Shown: positions 1 through 9,974, counted from the stretch's first letter. The stretch: 64,000 bases of DNA from Candidatus Woesebacteria bacterium RIFCSPHIGHO2_01_FULL_39_23 (GCA_001792305.1 MGGH01000036.1:18599-82598), one strand, 5' to 3'. Notes: generated from the letters alone by a model not told the origin. Numbers and translations: made by a program.

Positions 1-545
1 CTACCCTTTCAAAAGGAGCAAGCCTTTCAGTAGATTTGGTTATAGAAAAAGGATATGGTTACTCACCCGCTGAGGAAAGAGAACATGGAGAGATTGGGTT
101 GATCCCGGTTGACGCAGCATTTTCTCCCGTTATCAAGGTGAATTATAGAGTTGAAGAAACTCGTGTAGGTAGGCTAACTAATTATGACAAGCTTACACTT
201 GAGGTTTGGACTGATGGGACGATTGCGCCTAAGGAAGCACTAATTCGGGCATCCAAAACTTTGGTATCTTACTTTGAACAAATAATCTCACCTAAAAAAA
301 TTGTCAAAGAAAAAGATGAAAGGGAGATAGATAAGTTAGGACCAGCAGGTAAACTTTCTGTGGAGGAAATAGGTTTGCCGACCAGAGTTGCAAATGCACT
401 TTCAAGAGCTGGATATGAGACAGTCGAAAAGCTGGTTAAGGCAAAGTCTCAGGATCTTATGAAAGTGAGAAATTTGGGGGAAAAGTCATTCAAAATAATT
501 AGAGCAGCTTTGATGGAGAAAGGGGTTGATTTTAGTGAGAAATAG
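1..545 (+). CDS. rpoA: DNA-directed RNA polymerase alpha subunit, 3' portion (5' end lies outside the window)
   Basis: Frame is open from the window edge. Translation has the rpoA central motif (PVIKVNYRVEETRVGRLTNYDKLTLEVWTDGTI) and an alpha-CTD (LSVEEIGLPTRVANALSRAGYETVEKL). Followed by rplQ, as in the canonical operon. Confidence 0.85.
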   Translation, partial: TLSKGASLSVDLVIEKGYGYSPAEEREHGEIGLIPVDAAFSPVIKVNYRVEETRVGRLTNYDKLTLEVWTDGTIAPKEALIRASKTLVSYFEQIISPKKIVKEKDEREIDKLGPAGKLSVEEIGLPTRVANALSRAGYETVEKLVKAKSQDLMKVRNLGEKSFKIIRAALMEKGVDFSEK

Positions 546-1002
546 AGTATTTGGAAGAAAGTTATCTCGGGATACAGATACAAGAAAAGCAATGTTCCGA
601 AGCCTTGTGGCTGCTATTGTCAAAAATGGAAGCATAATTACGACAAAAGCTAAGGCAAAGTCTATACAGGGATTTATAGATAAGTTAATAACTAAGGTGA
701 AAAAAAACACTTTGGCAAGTAGAAGAAAAGTGATTGCAATCCTGGGCAACGACAAGGAAACAACAGAAAAGCTTTTTGGAGTTTTAAATGAGACTTTTGC
801 AAAAAGAAAGAGCGGTTTTACTAGGATTATTAATTTGCCCAAAAGACGTGGAGATTTGTCGAAAATGGTTAGATTGGAATTTGTAGACAAGTATGAAATC
901 AAAGCTAAATCTATCGTTAAAAAAGAAGTTAGAGTCGGTTTAAGGAAACCTGCCCAAAGCGAGGGTAAAGAAAATGAAAACACATCAACCAAAAATAGCT
1001 GA
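526..1002 (+). CDS. rplQ: 50S ribosomal protein L17 (start is probably the GTG at 535)
   Basis: GRKLSRDTDTRKAMFRSLVAAI matches the L17 N-terminus. Sits after rpoA. Confidence 0.9.
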   Translation: MILVRNRVFGRKLSRDTDTRKAMFRSLVAAIVKNGSIITTKAKAKSIQGFIDKLITKVKKNTLASRRKVIAILGNDKETTEKLFGVLNETFAKRKSGFTRIINLPKRRGDLSKMVRLEFVDKYEIKAKSIVKKEVRVGLRKPAQSEGKENENTSTKNS

Positions 1003-1393
1003 AATTCAAAGAAATTGGCATCTGATGGATGCGTCAAAGGAGCCACTTGGTAGGTTGGCCAGCAGTGCAGCGTATTTATTGATTGGCAAACAAAGGATCG
1101 ACTATGCGCCGAATTATGATATGGGTGATTATGTTGTTGTCAACAACGCAGAAAAGGTTAATGTTACCGGTAAAAAATCTAGTCAGAAAGTTTACAGAAG
1201 CCACTCTGGATATCCTGGTGGCTTCAAAGAGGTAACTTTTAAAAGGCTTTTAGAGAAAAAACCTGAAGAAATAATAAGGAAAGCAGTTTTTGGTATGCTT
1301 CCAGACAACCGCCTTAAAAAGTTTAGAATGAAAAGATTAATGATTGTTCGGGATGGTAGTAATCCTTACGCCGACAAATTTAATAATAAATAG
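974..1393 (+). CDS. rplM: 50S ribosomal protein L13
   Basis: KTHQPKIAEIQRNWHLMDASKEPLGRLAS is a typical L13 N-terminus. Directly upstream of S9, matching the rplM-rpsI operon. Confidence 0.9.
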   Translation: MKTHQPKIAEIQRNWHLMDASKEPLGRLASSAAYLLIGKQRIDYAPNYDMGDYVVVNNAEKVNVTGKKSSQKVYRSHSGYPGGFKEVTFKRLLEKKPEEIIRKAVFGMLPDNRLKKFRMKRLMIVRDGSNPYADKFNNK

Positions 1394-1395
1394 TT

Positions 1396-1842
1396 ATGCC
1401 AAAGAAAAGCAAAAACTTAAAGAAAAATTTCGTTTATGCTCTGGGTAGAAGAAAGTCTGCTTCAGCAAGAGTGAAGCTGTATAAAAAGAGCTTTCGATCT
1501 GGCAATATAAAAGAAAATAGTGAAGATTTGGTAAATGGGCAAGTCATTGGTAGATATTTTCCAGGGGAAGCCATGCGAAAGATTTGGTTACGTCCTTTTG
1601 AGTTGACAGACACTTTGAATAAATACTTTGTCATGATTAAGGTTGTGGGAGGAGGCAAAATGGGTCAATTGGAAGCGGTTGTTCACGGTGTGTCAAAAGC
1701 CCTCTCAGTTGCAAATCCTGAAAAATTCAAAAGGGTTCTTAAAAAAGCTGGGCTTCTAACACGTGATCCCAGAATCCGCGAGCGCCGCAAAGTCGGCACT
1801 GGGGGCAAGGCCCGCCGCAAGAAACAATCTCCAAAGAGGTGA
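1396..1842 (+). CDS. rpsI: 30S ribosomal protein S9
   Basis: Basic C-terminal tail GTGGKARRKKQSPKR ends in the KR typical of S9. Follows rplM. Confidence 0.9.
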   Translation: MPKKSKNLKKNFVYALGRRKSASARVKLYKKSFRSGNIKENSEDLVNGQVIGRYFPGEAMRKIWLRPFELTDTLNKYFVMIKVVGGGKMGQLEAVVHGVSKALSVANPEKFKRVLKKAGLLTRDPRIRERRKVGTGGKARRKKQSPKR

Positions 1843-1880
1843 TATATCCTCAAGCGAAGTCGAGGGATTAGCACTTGGTA

Positions 1881-1931
1881 TTGACGAGGGAGACTTTCTT
1901 TGTTACAAATATTTTGTAAATATTTGTAACA
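1881..1931 (+). promoter_or_regulatory. Putative sigma70-like promoter (TTGACG, 17 nt, TACAAA) overlapped by a perfect 14-bp inverted repeat with a 3-nt spacer, upstream of hsp20
   Basis: TTGACG at 1881-1886. TGTTACAAATATTT (1901-1914), then TGT, then AAATATTTGTAACA (1918-1931), a perfect palindrome. RBS AGGAGGGGGG precedes the ATG at 1949. Confidence 0.45.
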
Positions 1932-1948
1932 GGAGGGGGGTGAGGTAA

Positions 1949-2380
1949 ATGGCAATTATTCGATGGGAACCACTTCGTGATATAGATAGATTTTTCGAAG
2001 ACGACGACTTTTGGAGCTTGCCGCGAACCATGAGTCGAGTTAATCAAAGCTGGGATCTGGCAGTTGATGTTTATGAAGACGCAAATGTTGTGGTTGCTGA
2101 AATGAATCTTCCGGGAATCGATCCCGACAAGCTGGATATTTCTGTAGAAGATGGATATTTACGAGTTTCCGGGTCTCGCGAAGAGGATAAAGAGATCAAA
2201 AAGAGAGGTTATTACAGCAAGCAGATAATGCGTGGAAGTTTTGAGAGAACAGTCCGCTTACCATACGAAGTTGATTCCAATAAAGCTAAAGCTGGTTACG
2301 ACAAAGGGGTCTTAAAAGTTGAAATTCCAAAGAAGAAAGAGTCAAAAGGTAGAAAGATCAAAGTTTCCGCTAAAAAGTAA
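1949..2380 (+). CDS. Hsp20 / alpha-crystallin family small heat shock protein
   Basis: Alpha-crystallin domain pattern: WDLAVDVYED...VVVAEMNLPGIDPDKLDISVEDGYLRVSG...GSFERTVRLP...GVLKVEIPKK. Confidence 0.85.
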   Translation: MAIIRWEPLRDIDRFFEDDDFWSLPRTMSRVNQSWDLAVDVYEDANVVVAEMNLPGIDPDKLDISVEDGYLRVSGSREEDKEIKKRGYYSKQIMRGSFERTVRLPYEVDSNKAKAGYDKGVLKVEIPKKKESKGRKIKVSAKK

Positions 2381-2390
2381 AGCGTCTAGT

Positions 2391-3559
2391 TTACATCTCT
2401 TCGCCAGTAACTCTTATTACTTCGCTTATTGTTGTACCTTGCGCCACCTTATCAAGGGCCGCCTCCTTAAGATTTTTTATACCCTTTTGTTTAACTAAAG
2501 GGAGAAGGTCAGATAGCTGAGGATTTTCCGTGATAATGGATCTGATTTCCTCGTCAAAAGGAACTACCTCGAAAATTCCAATGCGGCCTTTATAACCACT
2601 CGTTACGCATTCATTACACCCTCTACCTTTAAATAAAGTACTTCCAGAAATATTTTCTACAAACCTTAATTCATTTTGTTTTGGAGAATATTCTTCTTTG
2701 CAATTATTGCAAATTTTTCTTACCAATCTGGCTGATATTACTGCATTGACTGAATTGGCAGTAACAGACCTTGGTACTCCCATTTCAATGAGCCTTGCGG
2801 TTACGCCGAATACGTTTAGAGTGTGGAATGTAGAAAAAACTAGCCTACCGGTTAATGCTGCCTGAATCGAAATTTGAGCTGTCTCGTTGTCTCTTATTTC
2901 TCCGACCATAATTATGTCTGGATCTTGCCGTAGTACTGCTTTTAAAGCCTTGCAAAAGTAAACGCTGTTGCTTCGTTAACCTGGGTTTGTCTAATTTCTT
3001 CCATTTGGACTTCAACAGGGTCTTCAATTGTAATGATATTATTGGTTTCTTTTTTGACCGAATTTAGTATTGAGTAAAGGAGTGTAGTTTTTCCCGATCC
3101 AGATGGTCCGGTGATCAAGACCATTCCGTATGGGTCATTTATTAGTTTTAACATAGTTTTATGTTGGTTTTCGTCAAACCCAAGTTCTGAAATGTCTATT
3201 AAGATATCTTCCCTGTTTAGTATCCTCATTACGATTGACTCGCCATAAATAGTGGGGAATGCGGAAACACGTATGTTATAGATTCTGACGTCGTAATTAA
3301 ACTCGAAATGCCCATCTTGGGGAAGCCTATGCTCGGTAATATCTAGTCCGGCTAGAACCTTTATTCTAGAGGTGATAGATTCCACGCTGTCCAAATTTAC
3401 CCGTTCGACGTCGTAGAGCATGCCGTCGATTCGAAACCTTACCTTTATACCCTCTCTTTGAGGTTCCAGATGAATGTCACTTGCTCTTTTACCGATCGCG
3501 TCAGTAAGAAGCCTATTTAGCCAATCGTTTTCTCCGGCACGAAGAGTAAAGTCCACCAT
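2391..3559 (-). pseudogene. PilB/GspE-family secretion ATPase (type II secretion / type IV pilus) split into two ORFs by a 1-nt frameshift; lacks the N1 domain
   Basis: N-terminal fragment (3559..2942) carries Walker A LITGPSGSGKTTLLYS. C-terminal fragment (2909..2391) carries MVGEIRD, the His box LVFSTFHT and a tetracysteine motif. Read upstream past its ATG, the C-terminal frame continues KALKAVLRQDPDII, which joins the FTFA end of the N-terminal fragment with the expected motif order. The frames meet at about 2949-2957 inside a TTTT run on the minus strand. One extra T would restore a single ORF. Confidence 0.75.
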
Positions 3560-3649
3560 ATAGCCATTATGTTACTTTTCGATAAGTTCGGCAAACACTG
3601 ATTCCAAAAAAATGCTGAAGTGTAAACAGCCCGCTGGCAACACCAGTAC

Positions 3650-4099
3650 TTAGAGTTCCGTGCCTTCAATATATTTTGAAATAAAAAATCCTGCAATAAT
3701 TCCAATCAATAAGAAATAGAATATTATTAAAGTCCAAGCAAGAGTAATGGAGTTTTGGTTACCAATGATGTAAATGTTTGACTCTCTCATAAATTTCCAT
3801 AACCAAGTGCTGCTACCCCACGCGTGACCTGCAACAAGAGCAACTGCGAGCATCAAATTCAATGGTGATTTTAATTTAAGAAATAGTAGGTAAAGAATAA
3901 TAAACCAAATTACTCCTCCAATTACAAAAAGAGCGGGATGTTTTGCTAAAATGTAATACGCAGGGCTGGCTTCGTTGGCAAGTCTGTAGCTTATTTCCCA
4001 ATAACTTCTATCTTGTCCCAAAAGTGTGACAATTCCGTCCAATGTAGCGGGAAATAAAAATGAAAAAAAGAGGGGATTTTTCTTAAACATGCTTGTCAT
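3650..4099 (-). CDS. Hypothetical multi-pass membrane protein
   Basis: About four hydrophobic segments. No recognisable catalytic motif. Confidence 0.4.
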   Translation of the reverse strand: MTSMFKKNPLFFSFLFPATLDGIVTLLGQDRSYWEISYRLANEASPAYYILAKHPALFVIGGVIWFIILYLLFLKLKSPLNLMLAVALVAGHAWGSSTWLWKFMRESNIYIIGNQNSITLAWTLIIFYFLLIGIIAGFFISKYIEGTEL

Positions 4100-4177
4100 T
4101 TCTAATTTGAATTTTACACCTCTTAAACAGCTAAAGTCGATTTTACTGGATTCTATTGAGAAAGGAAAACTAGACTT

Positions 4178-4552
4178 TTAAACAGTGTTAGTTTCGGTCG
4201 CTTTTTCGAGGACTTTTGATTCCCGAAGCTCCACTTTGATTGGACGAAGTAGTTGTACTCCAAGATTTGCAACTTTAAAACCAGTTGACGCCACAAAACC
4301 CATGAAAAATAAGTGTGCTGCGATATTCAATGGTTTATTTAGTTTATCGGAACTAAGTAACTCTTGTTTAAGATCGGCATTTTCCGGAGCTTGTTCAGCA
4401 AGTTTTGATAAGTCCAGTGAAACCGATTCAAAAGAAAATAGATCGATTGGTTGAGCTTTCTTTGTAAATACCTGATAGACGTTAAATACCGAAAATAAAA
4501 TTGCAAAAACACCAAGACTTAAAAGTATATAACCGACTATTTTCTCACTCAT
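4178..4552 (-). CDS. Hypothetical protein with an N-terminal transmembrane helix
   Basis: N-terminus IVGYILLSLGVFAILFSVF is hydrophobic. The rest is hydrophilic. Confidence 0.4.
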   Translation of the reverse strand: MSEKIVGYILLSLGVFAILFSVFNVYQVFTKKAQPIDLFSFESVSLDLSKLAEQAPENADLKQELLSSDKLNKPLNIAAHLFFMGFVASTGFKVANLGVQLLRPIKVELRESKVLEKATETNTV

Positions 4553-4666
4553 ACGAAGTTATTGTACTATAAGTAAGCCTTAATTTCTAATTATGTGCAT
4601 CATTTGCAATTTTTTAATTTATTCCCTAATCTAAACATAGATAAACATTTATTTACTTAACGAATT

Positions 4667-5233
4667 ATGGCTATTGTAATGAGTAAGACAAGGGAACAAT
4701 TTCCCTTAAGTACAAAGAAGGTGTTAAAAAAGACGGTAGTAGGAACAATGATCTGGGTTATTTTACTTCTTATTATTTATGGTATTTCAGCGTTATCCAT
4801 TGTTTCACTATCAGAAACAATCGGTAATTATTTTGGAATAGTTACATTTGGTTTCTTGGGCTTTCTTTTCCTGATTGTAGTATTAACTTATCTTTATCAG
4901 TGGTGGTATTACAGTGTATATTTTTATGACTTAACAGACGATTATGTAATCATAAAAAAGGGTCCGATTACACCTCATGAAATTACTATTCCATATGAAC
5001 GCATTCAAGACGTCTATGTCGACCAAGATATTTTAGACAGGATATTTGGGTTATACGATGTCCACTTATCCAGTGCGACAGTTTCATCAGGTATGGCAGC
5101 ACATATTGATGGTGTAGAAAAGCCGGCCTCTGATGGGTTGCGTGCTGTTTTATTAGAAACTGTAAGCAGAAAGATTAGTAGGAATAGGGGTCAAAATACG
5201 CCACCAAGTAACCCTACACCTTCTGCACAATAA
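4667..5233 (+). CDS. Bacterial PH-domain (bPH_2, YdbS-like) membrane protein
   Basis: Two TM helices followed by IPYERIQDVYVDQDILDRIFGLYDVHLSSAT, the bPH_2 (PF03703) signature. Confidence 0.7.
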   Translation: MAIVMSKTREQFPLSTKKVLKKTVVGTMIWVILLLIIYGISALSIVSLSETIGNYFGIVTFGFLGFLFLIVVLTYLYQWWYYSVYFYDLTDDYVIIKKGPITPHEITIPYERIQDVYVDQDILDRIFGLYDVHLSSATVSSGMAAHIDGVEKPASDGLRAVLLETVSRKISRNRGQNTPPSNPTPSAQ

Positions 5234-5237
5234 GGTT

Positions 5238-5810
5238 ATGGATGGAGTTATCACAGAACAAAATTACCCAGTAGAAGGTGTTTGGGTTCTGAAATCTATT
5301 TTAGGTTCAATTGTTGCCCTACTAACTATTGGTTTGTTTTACCTGCTTAGCAAAGATAAAAGTGAAGTAGTCTTTTATTTACTGCTTATGGCTTTCCTAA
5401 TTCCCGTAAATTTAGTTTTTGCGGCCCTACGCAGAATTACGTTTCATTACGCTTTAGATTCCAAATTTTTAAACTTACAGCAAGGTATTTTGAATAAAAC
5501 ACAGAGACATATTCCGTATGGAGTAATACAAAATGTCTTTGTTAAGCAAGATTTGTTTGATAGATTATTTGGTCTTGCCTCACTTACTTTGGAAAACGCC
5601 TCAATGGGGGCAGGTAGTCAAGAAGGACTAACAAAAGTATTTGGCATAACTTTAAGCAATAAAAAGCAACAGAGGGTCGAAATGGTAGGCTTTAGCGGTA
5701 ACAAGGTGAGTATTCCAGGGCTTACAAAGCAAAATGCGGAGACGTTGAAGAGTATCGTTCTTCAAAAGATGAAAGAGAACCCCGTCGAAGACAGCCAGTC
5801 CGGTTTGTAG
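5238..5810 (+). CDS. Bacterial PH-domain (bPH_2, YdbT-like) membrane protein, tandem partner of the gene above
   Basis: TM helices plus IPYGVIQNVFVKQDLFDRLFGLASLTLENAS, the same motif architecture. Separated from the upstream paralog by 4 nt. Confidence 0.65.
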   Translation: MDGVITEQNYPVEGVWVLKSILGSIVALLTIGLFYLLSKDKSEVVFYLLLMAFLIPVNLVFAALRRITFHYALDSKFLNLQQGILNKTQRHIPYGVIQNVFVKQDLFDRLFGLASLTLENASMGAGSQEGLTKVFGITLSNKKQQRVEMVGFSGNKVSIPGLTKQNAETLKSIVLQKMKENPVEDSQSGL

Positions 5811-5907
5811 AAGCACTCCACTTTCCCAGAGTTGATAAGTAAATTTTTTGTAATGGATACTGTAATATCGGAGTTATTACAACAATCAGCTTATGTCTTT
5901 TACATAA

Positions 5908-6531
5908 TTATCTTTCAAGATTAAATAACTCTTGTAATTTCTTGACTATAGCTTCATCTGCTCTTTTATCTGCTAGCTCTCTTTCCTCTTGAGTAAGTTC
6001 GCTGTGTGGTTTACCAAAAGCGGAAGGACCCTGTAAGCTACTCATTGGCCAACCAGGTATCCTAACATTAGAAGGTGGCGAGAAAAACATAATTGGGTGG
6101 TCTAAAGAAACAGTGTGTATAGTTCCATCTGGATGTGCTATGCAGTAAGCAATATGCCATTTACCCGCCCGTTCTTCTTCAGGTACCGCAGACACGACTT
6201 GCTCCCAATACGAGAGTAGTGTTTCATCATCAACCTCATCTTTGCCGTTTATCCGTCTTACATGGACCCCAGGCTGCTGGTTCTCTGGCAAAAAATCAAC
6301 ATATAACGCTTCATCTTCAGAAAAGACTAACATACCAGTTCTTTGTGCATAATGTTTACCCTTTATCTCAGCGTTTTGTTCTGCTGTTTCCCCATTTTCT
6401 TCTGGCTTGTCAGTTATACCTAAATCACTCAGACCTACAACTTGTGAAGTATATTGAGATAATAACTTTCCGTATCTTTCGACTTTAGCGGGATTCTTAC
6501 TAGCAACAACGATACTTTCGATTTCTTTCAT
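5908..6531 (-). CDS. Ham1/RdgB-family non-canonical purine NTP pyrophosphatase-like protein
   Basis: IVVASKNPAKVERYGKLL aligns with the RdgB N-terminus (VVLATGNxGKxRE). The internal and C-terminal regions run collinear with ITPases. Confidence 0.65.
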   Translation of the reverse strand: MKEIESIVVASKNPAKVERYGKLLSQYTSQVVGLSDLGITDKPEENGETAEQNAEIKGKHYAQRTGMLVFSEDEALYVDFLPENQQPGVHVRRINGKDEVDDETLLSYWEQVVSAVPEEERAGKWHIAYCIAHPDGTIHTVSLDHPIMFFSPPSNVRIPGWPMSSLQGPSAFGKPHSELTQEERELADKRADEAIVKKLQELFNLER

Positions 6532-6595
6532 ATAACAATAATTCTATTATGTGTGAGGGCTACAAAAAAAGAGGTAGGTAACGACTTTTCTCTTT

Positions 6596-6669
6596 TGGTC
6601 GGGGAAAGGTGAATTGAACACCTACCACACCCACCCCATGGGCGTATTCTACCGTTAAACTATTCCCCG
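6596..6669 (-). tRNA. tRNA-Pro (anticodon GGG), CCA encoded
   Basis: Hand-folded 74-nt cloverleaf on the minus strand. Acceptor CGGGGAA/TTCCCCG. D-arm GTTT-AACGGTA-GAAT. Anticodon stem CGCCC/GGGTG around loop ATGGGGT (GGG anticodon, G37). T-arm AGGTG-TTCAATT-CACCT. Discriminator A, then CCA. Confidence 0.8.
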
Positions 6670-6765
6670 TCCTGTGAATTTTACCATATATCCACCTGAC
6701 TGACCCGGATTAGCTGTTGGCCAACTCTTGTTTTTACCAAGATTGTATGGTACAAGGAAAACAGA

Positions 6766-7845
6766 ATGGCTAGAGGGAAAAACGGGCCCGCTCTACAGAA
6801 TATTTCAAATAACGATTCAGGTTCACAAAAACTTCAGGCAATAAAACTTGCTATGGAGCAAATTGAAAAGCAGTATGGTAAGGGGTCTATCATGAAACTT
6901 GGAGACAGGCAGTCAATGAATGTTGATGTCATTTCAACCGGTTCAATTGCACTTGATTTGGCGCTCGGGGTTGGTGGGCTTCCAAGAGGAAGAATAGTCG
7001 AAATTTACGGACCAGAAGCCTCGGGAAAAACTACTCTTGCCCTTCATGTTATTGCTGAAGCACAAAAAAGGGGTGGACAAGCAGCTTTTATCGATGCAGA
7101 ACATGCATTAGACCCCACTCGTGCTGAGACAGTTGGAGTCAATTTGGATGATTTGCTTTTGAGTCAGCCCGATTCGGGAGAACAGGCACTTGAAATTACA
7201 GAAACTTTAGTGCGCTCCGGTGCATTGGATGTGATTGTGGTGGACTCTGTTGCTGCGTTGGTCCCAAGAGCTGAACTCGAAGGTGAAATGGGTGATGCAG
7301 TTATGGGTATGCAAGCCAGACTTATGAGCCAAGCCTTGAGGAAACTTACGGGTGCGATTTCGAAGTCTAAAACCATTTTGATTTTTACTAACCAGCTTAG
7401 GCAAAAAATCGGGGTGATGTTTGGGAATCCCGAAACTACTCCGGGGGGCTTGGCCTTAAAATTCTATTCCTCTGTAAGGCTGGATATAAGAAGGGTGGAC
7501 ACGATAAAAGAAGGAGACAATGTTATTGGAGTGAGAGCCAGAGTTAGAGTGGTTAAAAACAAAGTTGCTCCTCCTCTTCGTGTTGCTGAATTTGACATTA
7601 TGAATGATGAGGGTATATCAAAAGTTGGAAGTCTTCTTGATGTTGCGGTGGAACTTGGAATTCTAACTAAAAGCGGATCATTTTATAATTACCTAGGTAA
7701 GACACTTGCCCAGGGTAGGGAAGGTGCCAAACAGCACTTTAAAGATAATCCGAAATTTGCTGAAGAAATTGAAAAGAAAATTCGTGAAACAGTGGCTTCA
7801 GGCAAAAAAATACCAAAAGAGATAGGTGATGAACAAGCAGACTGA
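6766..7845 (+). CDS. recA: Recombinase RecA
   Basis: [41 protein letters not shown] (Walker A and the L1/L2 region). Full-length collinear RecA. Confidence 0.95.
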   Translation: MARGKNGPALQNISNNDSGSQKLQAIKLAMEQIEKQYGKGSIMKLGDRQSMNVDVISTGSIALDLALGVGGLPRGRIVEIYGPEASGKTTLALHVIAEAQKRGGQAAFIDAEHALDPTRAETVGVNLDDLLLSQPDSGEQALEITETLVRSGALDVIVVDSVAALVPRAELEGEMGDAVMGMQARLMSQALRKLTGAISKSKTILIFTNQLRQKIGVMFGNPETTPGGLALKFYSSVRLDIRRVDTIKEGDNVIGVRARVRVVKNKVAPPLRVAEFDIMNDEGISKVGSLLDVAVELGILTKSGSFYNYLGKTLAQGREGAKQHFKDNPKFAEEIEKKIRETVASGKKIPKEIGDEQAD

Positions 7846-8305
7846 ATACCAAAATATATTCGATAAAGTAATAAAGTTTGCGACGCTTCGCCCCCGTTCA
7901 ATAAAAGAAATAGAACGTTACTTCAATAGAAAAAAGACTGTTAAAGGCGTACAAAAACAGCTGTTTAATAAACTAAAGAGTTTGGGATTAGTTGATGACA
8001 AAGAGTTTGCTCGCTGGTGGGTTGATCAAAGATTGACATTTAGACCGAAAGGAGAAAGATTACTTAGAAATGAATTAAGAATAAAAGGTATCTCTGAAGA
8101 CATTATAAGTACCGTTTTTGAGGAGAAAAATGTTATAAATGAACAAAAAAAGATAGCTACAAATATAATGAGTAAAAAAGTAAATCAATATAATAATTTA
8201 CCAATGAATAAAGCCAGAAAGAGAGCGTACAGCTTACTCTTAAGGAGGGGTTTTGACTGGGACATTGCAAGGGAAGTGATTGACGAATTTCTTGATAAAA
8301 AGTAA
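7826..8305 (+). CDS. recX: RecA regulator RecX
   Basis: Overlaps the 3' end of recA. Helical repeat protein with [14 protein letters not shown]...[29 protein letters not shown], typical of RecX. Confidence 0.8.
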   Translation: MMNKQTEYQNIFDKVIKFATLRPRSIKEIERYFNRKKTVKGVQKQLFNKLKSLGLVDDKEFARWWVDQRLTFRPKGERLLRNELRIKGISEDIISTVFEEKNVINEQKKIATNIMSKKVNQYNNLPMNKARKRAYSLLLRRGFDWDIAREVIDEFLDKK

Positions 8306-8372
8306 AATCAAAAGGAAGCAATATGCTTGAGGAGTTAAGAAAATTAAATCTTCTCAACAATTACTCTTAAGA

Positions 8373-9641
8373 GTGAATTTTTTGCTTCAAGTTTATATGT
8401 CAAAAGACGATATTAAGATACTGCTTGACGAGATAAGGCACGATAGGGAACTCTTGGGAAAAAAAGAAGTGTCTTTAAAGGCAAGAGAAAGTGACCTTAT
8501 TGATAAATTGGAGAGAGTTTCTGGAATGACCAGAATTGAGGCCAGAAAAATACTTCTTGATGAGTTTCAAAGAAGTCTAACTTCGGAAGTGGCTAAAAAG
8601 ATAAGGCAAGCGGAAGAAAAGATAAAACTCGAAGCCAAAGAAAAGGCCAAAGAGATACTTGCTGACGCCATGAAGCATGGAGCGACAACTTACGTTGCGG
8701 AGTACACGGTTTCTACGGTTACAGTCGAATCCGAGGAAACAAAAGGCCGGATTATCGGTCGTGAAGGAAGAAACATTAGAAGTTTTGAAAAAGAAACCGG
8801 AGTAGAGATTGAGCTTGACGAGGGTAATGTAATCAGACTTTCATCTTTTGACTCAATTAGAAGAGAAATAGCAAGGAGAGCACTTGAGATGCTACTCAAG
8901 GATACCAGAATACAACCTTCAAGAATTGAAGAAGTAGTAAGGCTTGTTAAGTCACAGATGGAAGATATTCTTCTTGAAGAAGGAAAGAAAATTGCTCAGG
9001 AATGCGGTGTTTTTAATCTTCCAACAGAAGTAGTAAAGCTTATTGGCAGATTTAAATTTAGAACTTCTTACGGTCAAAATTTAGCTCTTCACACAATTGA
9101 AGAAACCAAAATAGGTGTGTCGGTTGCCTCAGAAATAGGTGCTGATACTGAAATAGTGAGGCTTGGTTGCATTTTGCATGATATTGGTAAAGTTGTGACA
9201 GATGTTGAAGGAAATCATGTAGATGCAGGAGTAGCGACAGTCAAACGTTTCGGATTTCCAAAAGAAGTGATAGCAGCTGTTGCAGAGCATCATGAAGATA
9301 AGCCGTTTTCGTCTACCGAGTCTGTCATAGTTTGGATTGCCGATGCTGTTTCAGGTTCAAGACCTGGGGCACGCTACGAACCTTTTGAAGACTATGTAAA
9401 AAGAATGACTAAAATTGAGGAGATTTCAGGGAGTTTTCCAGGTGTAGATCAAGCAATAGCTTTCCAAGCGGGTCGCGATGTGAGAGTGATAGTTAAGCCA
9501 GAAGAAGTTGATGAAGATAAGTTAACAGTTCTCGCCAACGATATAGTAAGTAGGCTCGAAAAAGAAGCCGAATATGCGGGACAAGTAAAAGTTACAGTAA
9601 TTCGAGAAACCCGTGCTCAAGCCACAACTACGGCAAAATAA
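8373..9641 (+). CDS. rny: Ribonuclease Y (KH + HD domains; lacks the usual N-terminal TM anchor; ATG at 8397 is a likely start)
   Basis: KH motif GRIIGREGRNIRSFEKETGVEI. HD domain LHDIGK...HH. Coiled-coil N-terminal region. Confidence 0.85.
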   Translation: MNFLLQVYMSKDDIKILLDEIRHDRELLGKKEVSLKARESDLIDKLERVSGMTRIEARKILLDEFQRSLTSEVAKKIRQAEEKIKLEAKEKAKEILADAMKHGATTYVAEYTVSTVTVESEETKGRIIGREGRNIRSFEKETGVEIELDEGNVIRLSSFDSIRREIARRALEMLLKDTRIQPSRIEEVVRLVKSQMEDILLEEGKKIAQECGVFNLPTEVVKLIGRFKFRTSYGQNLALHTIEETKIGVSVASEIGADTEIVRLGCILHDIGKVVTDVEGNHVDAGVATVKRFGFPKEVIAAVAEHHEDKPFSSTESVIVWIADAVSGSRPGARYEPFEDYVKRMTKIEEISGSFPGVDQAIAFQAGRDVRVIVKPEEVDEDKLTVLANDIVSRLEKEAEYAGQVKVTVIRETRAQATTTAK

Positions 9642-9695
9642 CAAGAATACTTGACAAAGGAAATTCTTTAAATTATGCTTGTGGCGTAATAGTTT

Positions 9696-9974
9696 ATGAC
9701 AAAAAGGGAAATTATTGAACTTGTAGCTCGCAAGTCTCATCTAACCAAGAGAGCTACGGAAGAGTGTATTGATGTTTTTCTTTCTGAAATCGGCAGGGTT
9801 TTGGCTAAAGGAGAAAAAAGAGTAGTATTATCTGGTTTTGGTACTTTCAGGGTGATTCCGGTAAAGTCAAAAACAGTAAAGATTCCTAATACTGAGAAGT
9901 TTGTAACTATCAAATCCCACAGATCCCCCAAATTTACTCCGGGCAAAAAATTCAAAAGAGCAGTTTCTCGGTGA
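9696..9974 (+). CDS. hup: HU-family DNA-binding protein
   Basis: 92 aa. MTKREIIELVA...GFGTFRVIPVKSKTVKIPNTEKFVTIKSHRSPKFTPGKKFK matches the HU/IHF fold with its beta-arm. Confidence 0.85.
   Translation: MTKREIIELVARKSHLTKRATEECIDVFLSEIGRVLAKGEKRVVLSGFGTFRVIPVKSKTVKIPNTEKFVTIKSHRSPKFTPGKKFKRAVSR

Noticed and set aside
486-1046. 186-aa minus-strand ORF antisense to rplQ
   Set aside because: Antisense to a conserved ribosomal protein gene. Phe/Leu-rich low-complexity translation typical of AT-rich antisense frames.
1861-1900. Possible CIRCE (HrcA) element upstream of hsp20
   Set aside because: Only the left half-site (TTAGCACTT) resembles CIRCE. The right half GAGTGCTAA is absent. The adjacent perfect palindrome is a better operator candidate.
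2945-2960. Programmed -1 ribosomal frameshift in the PilB-like gene
   Set aside because: No X_XXY_YYZ slippery heptamer at the junction. A one-base homopolymer indel explains the shift.
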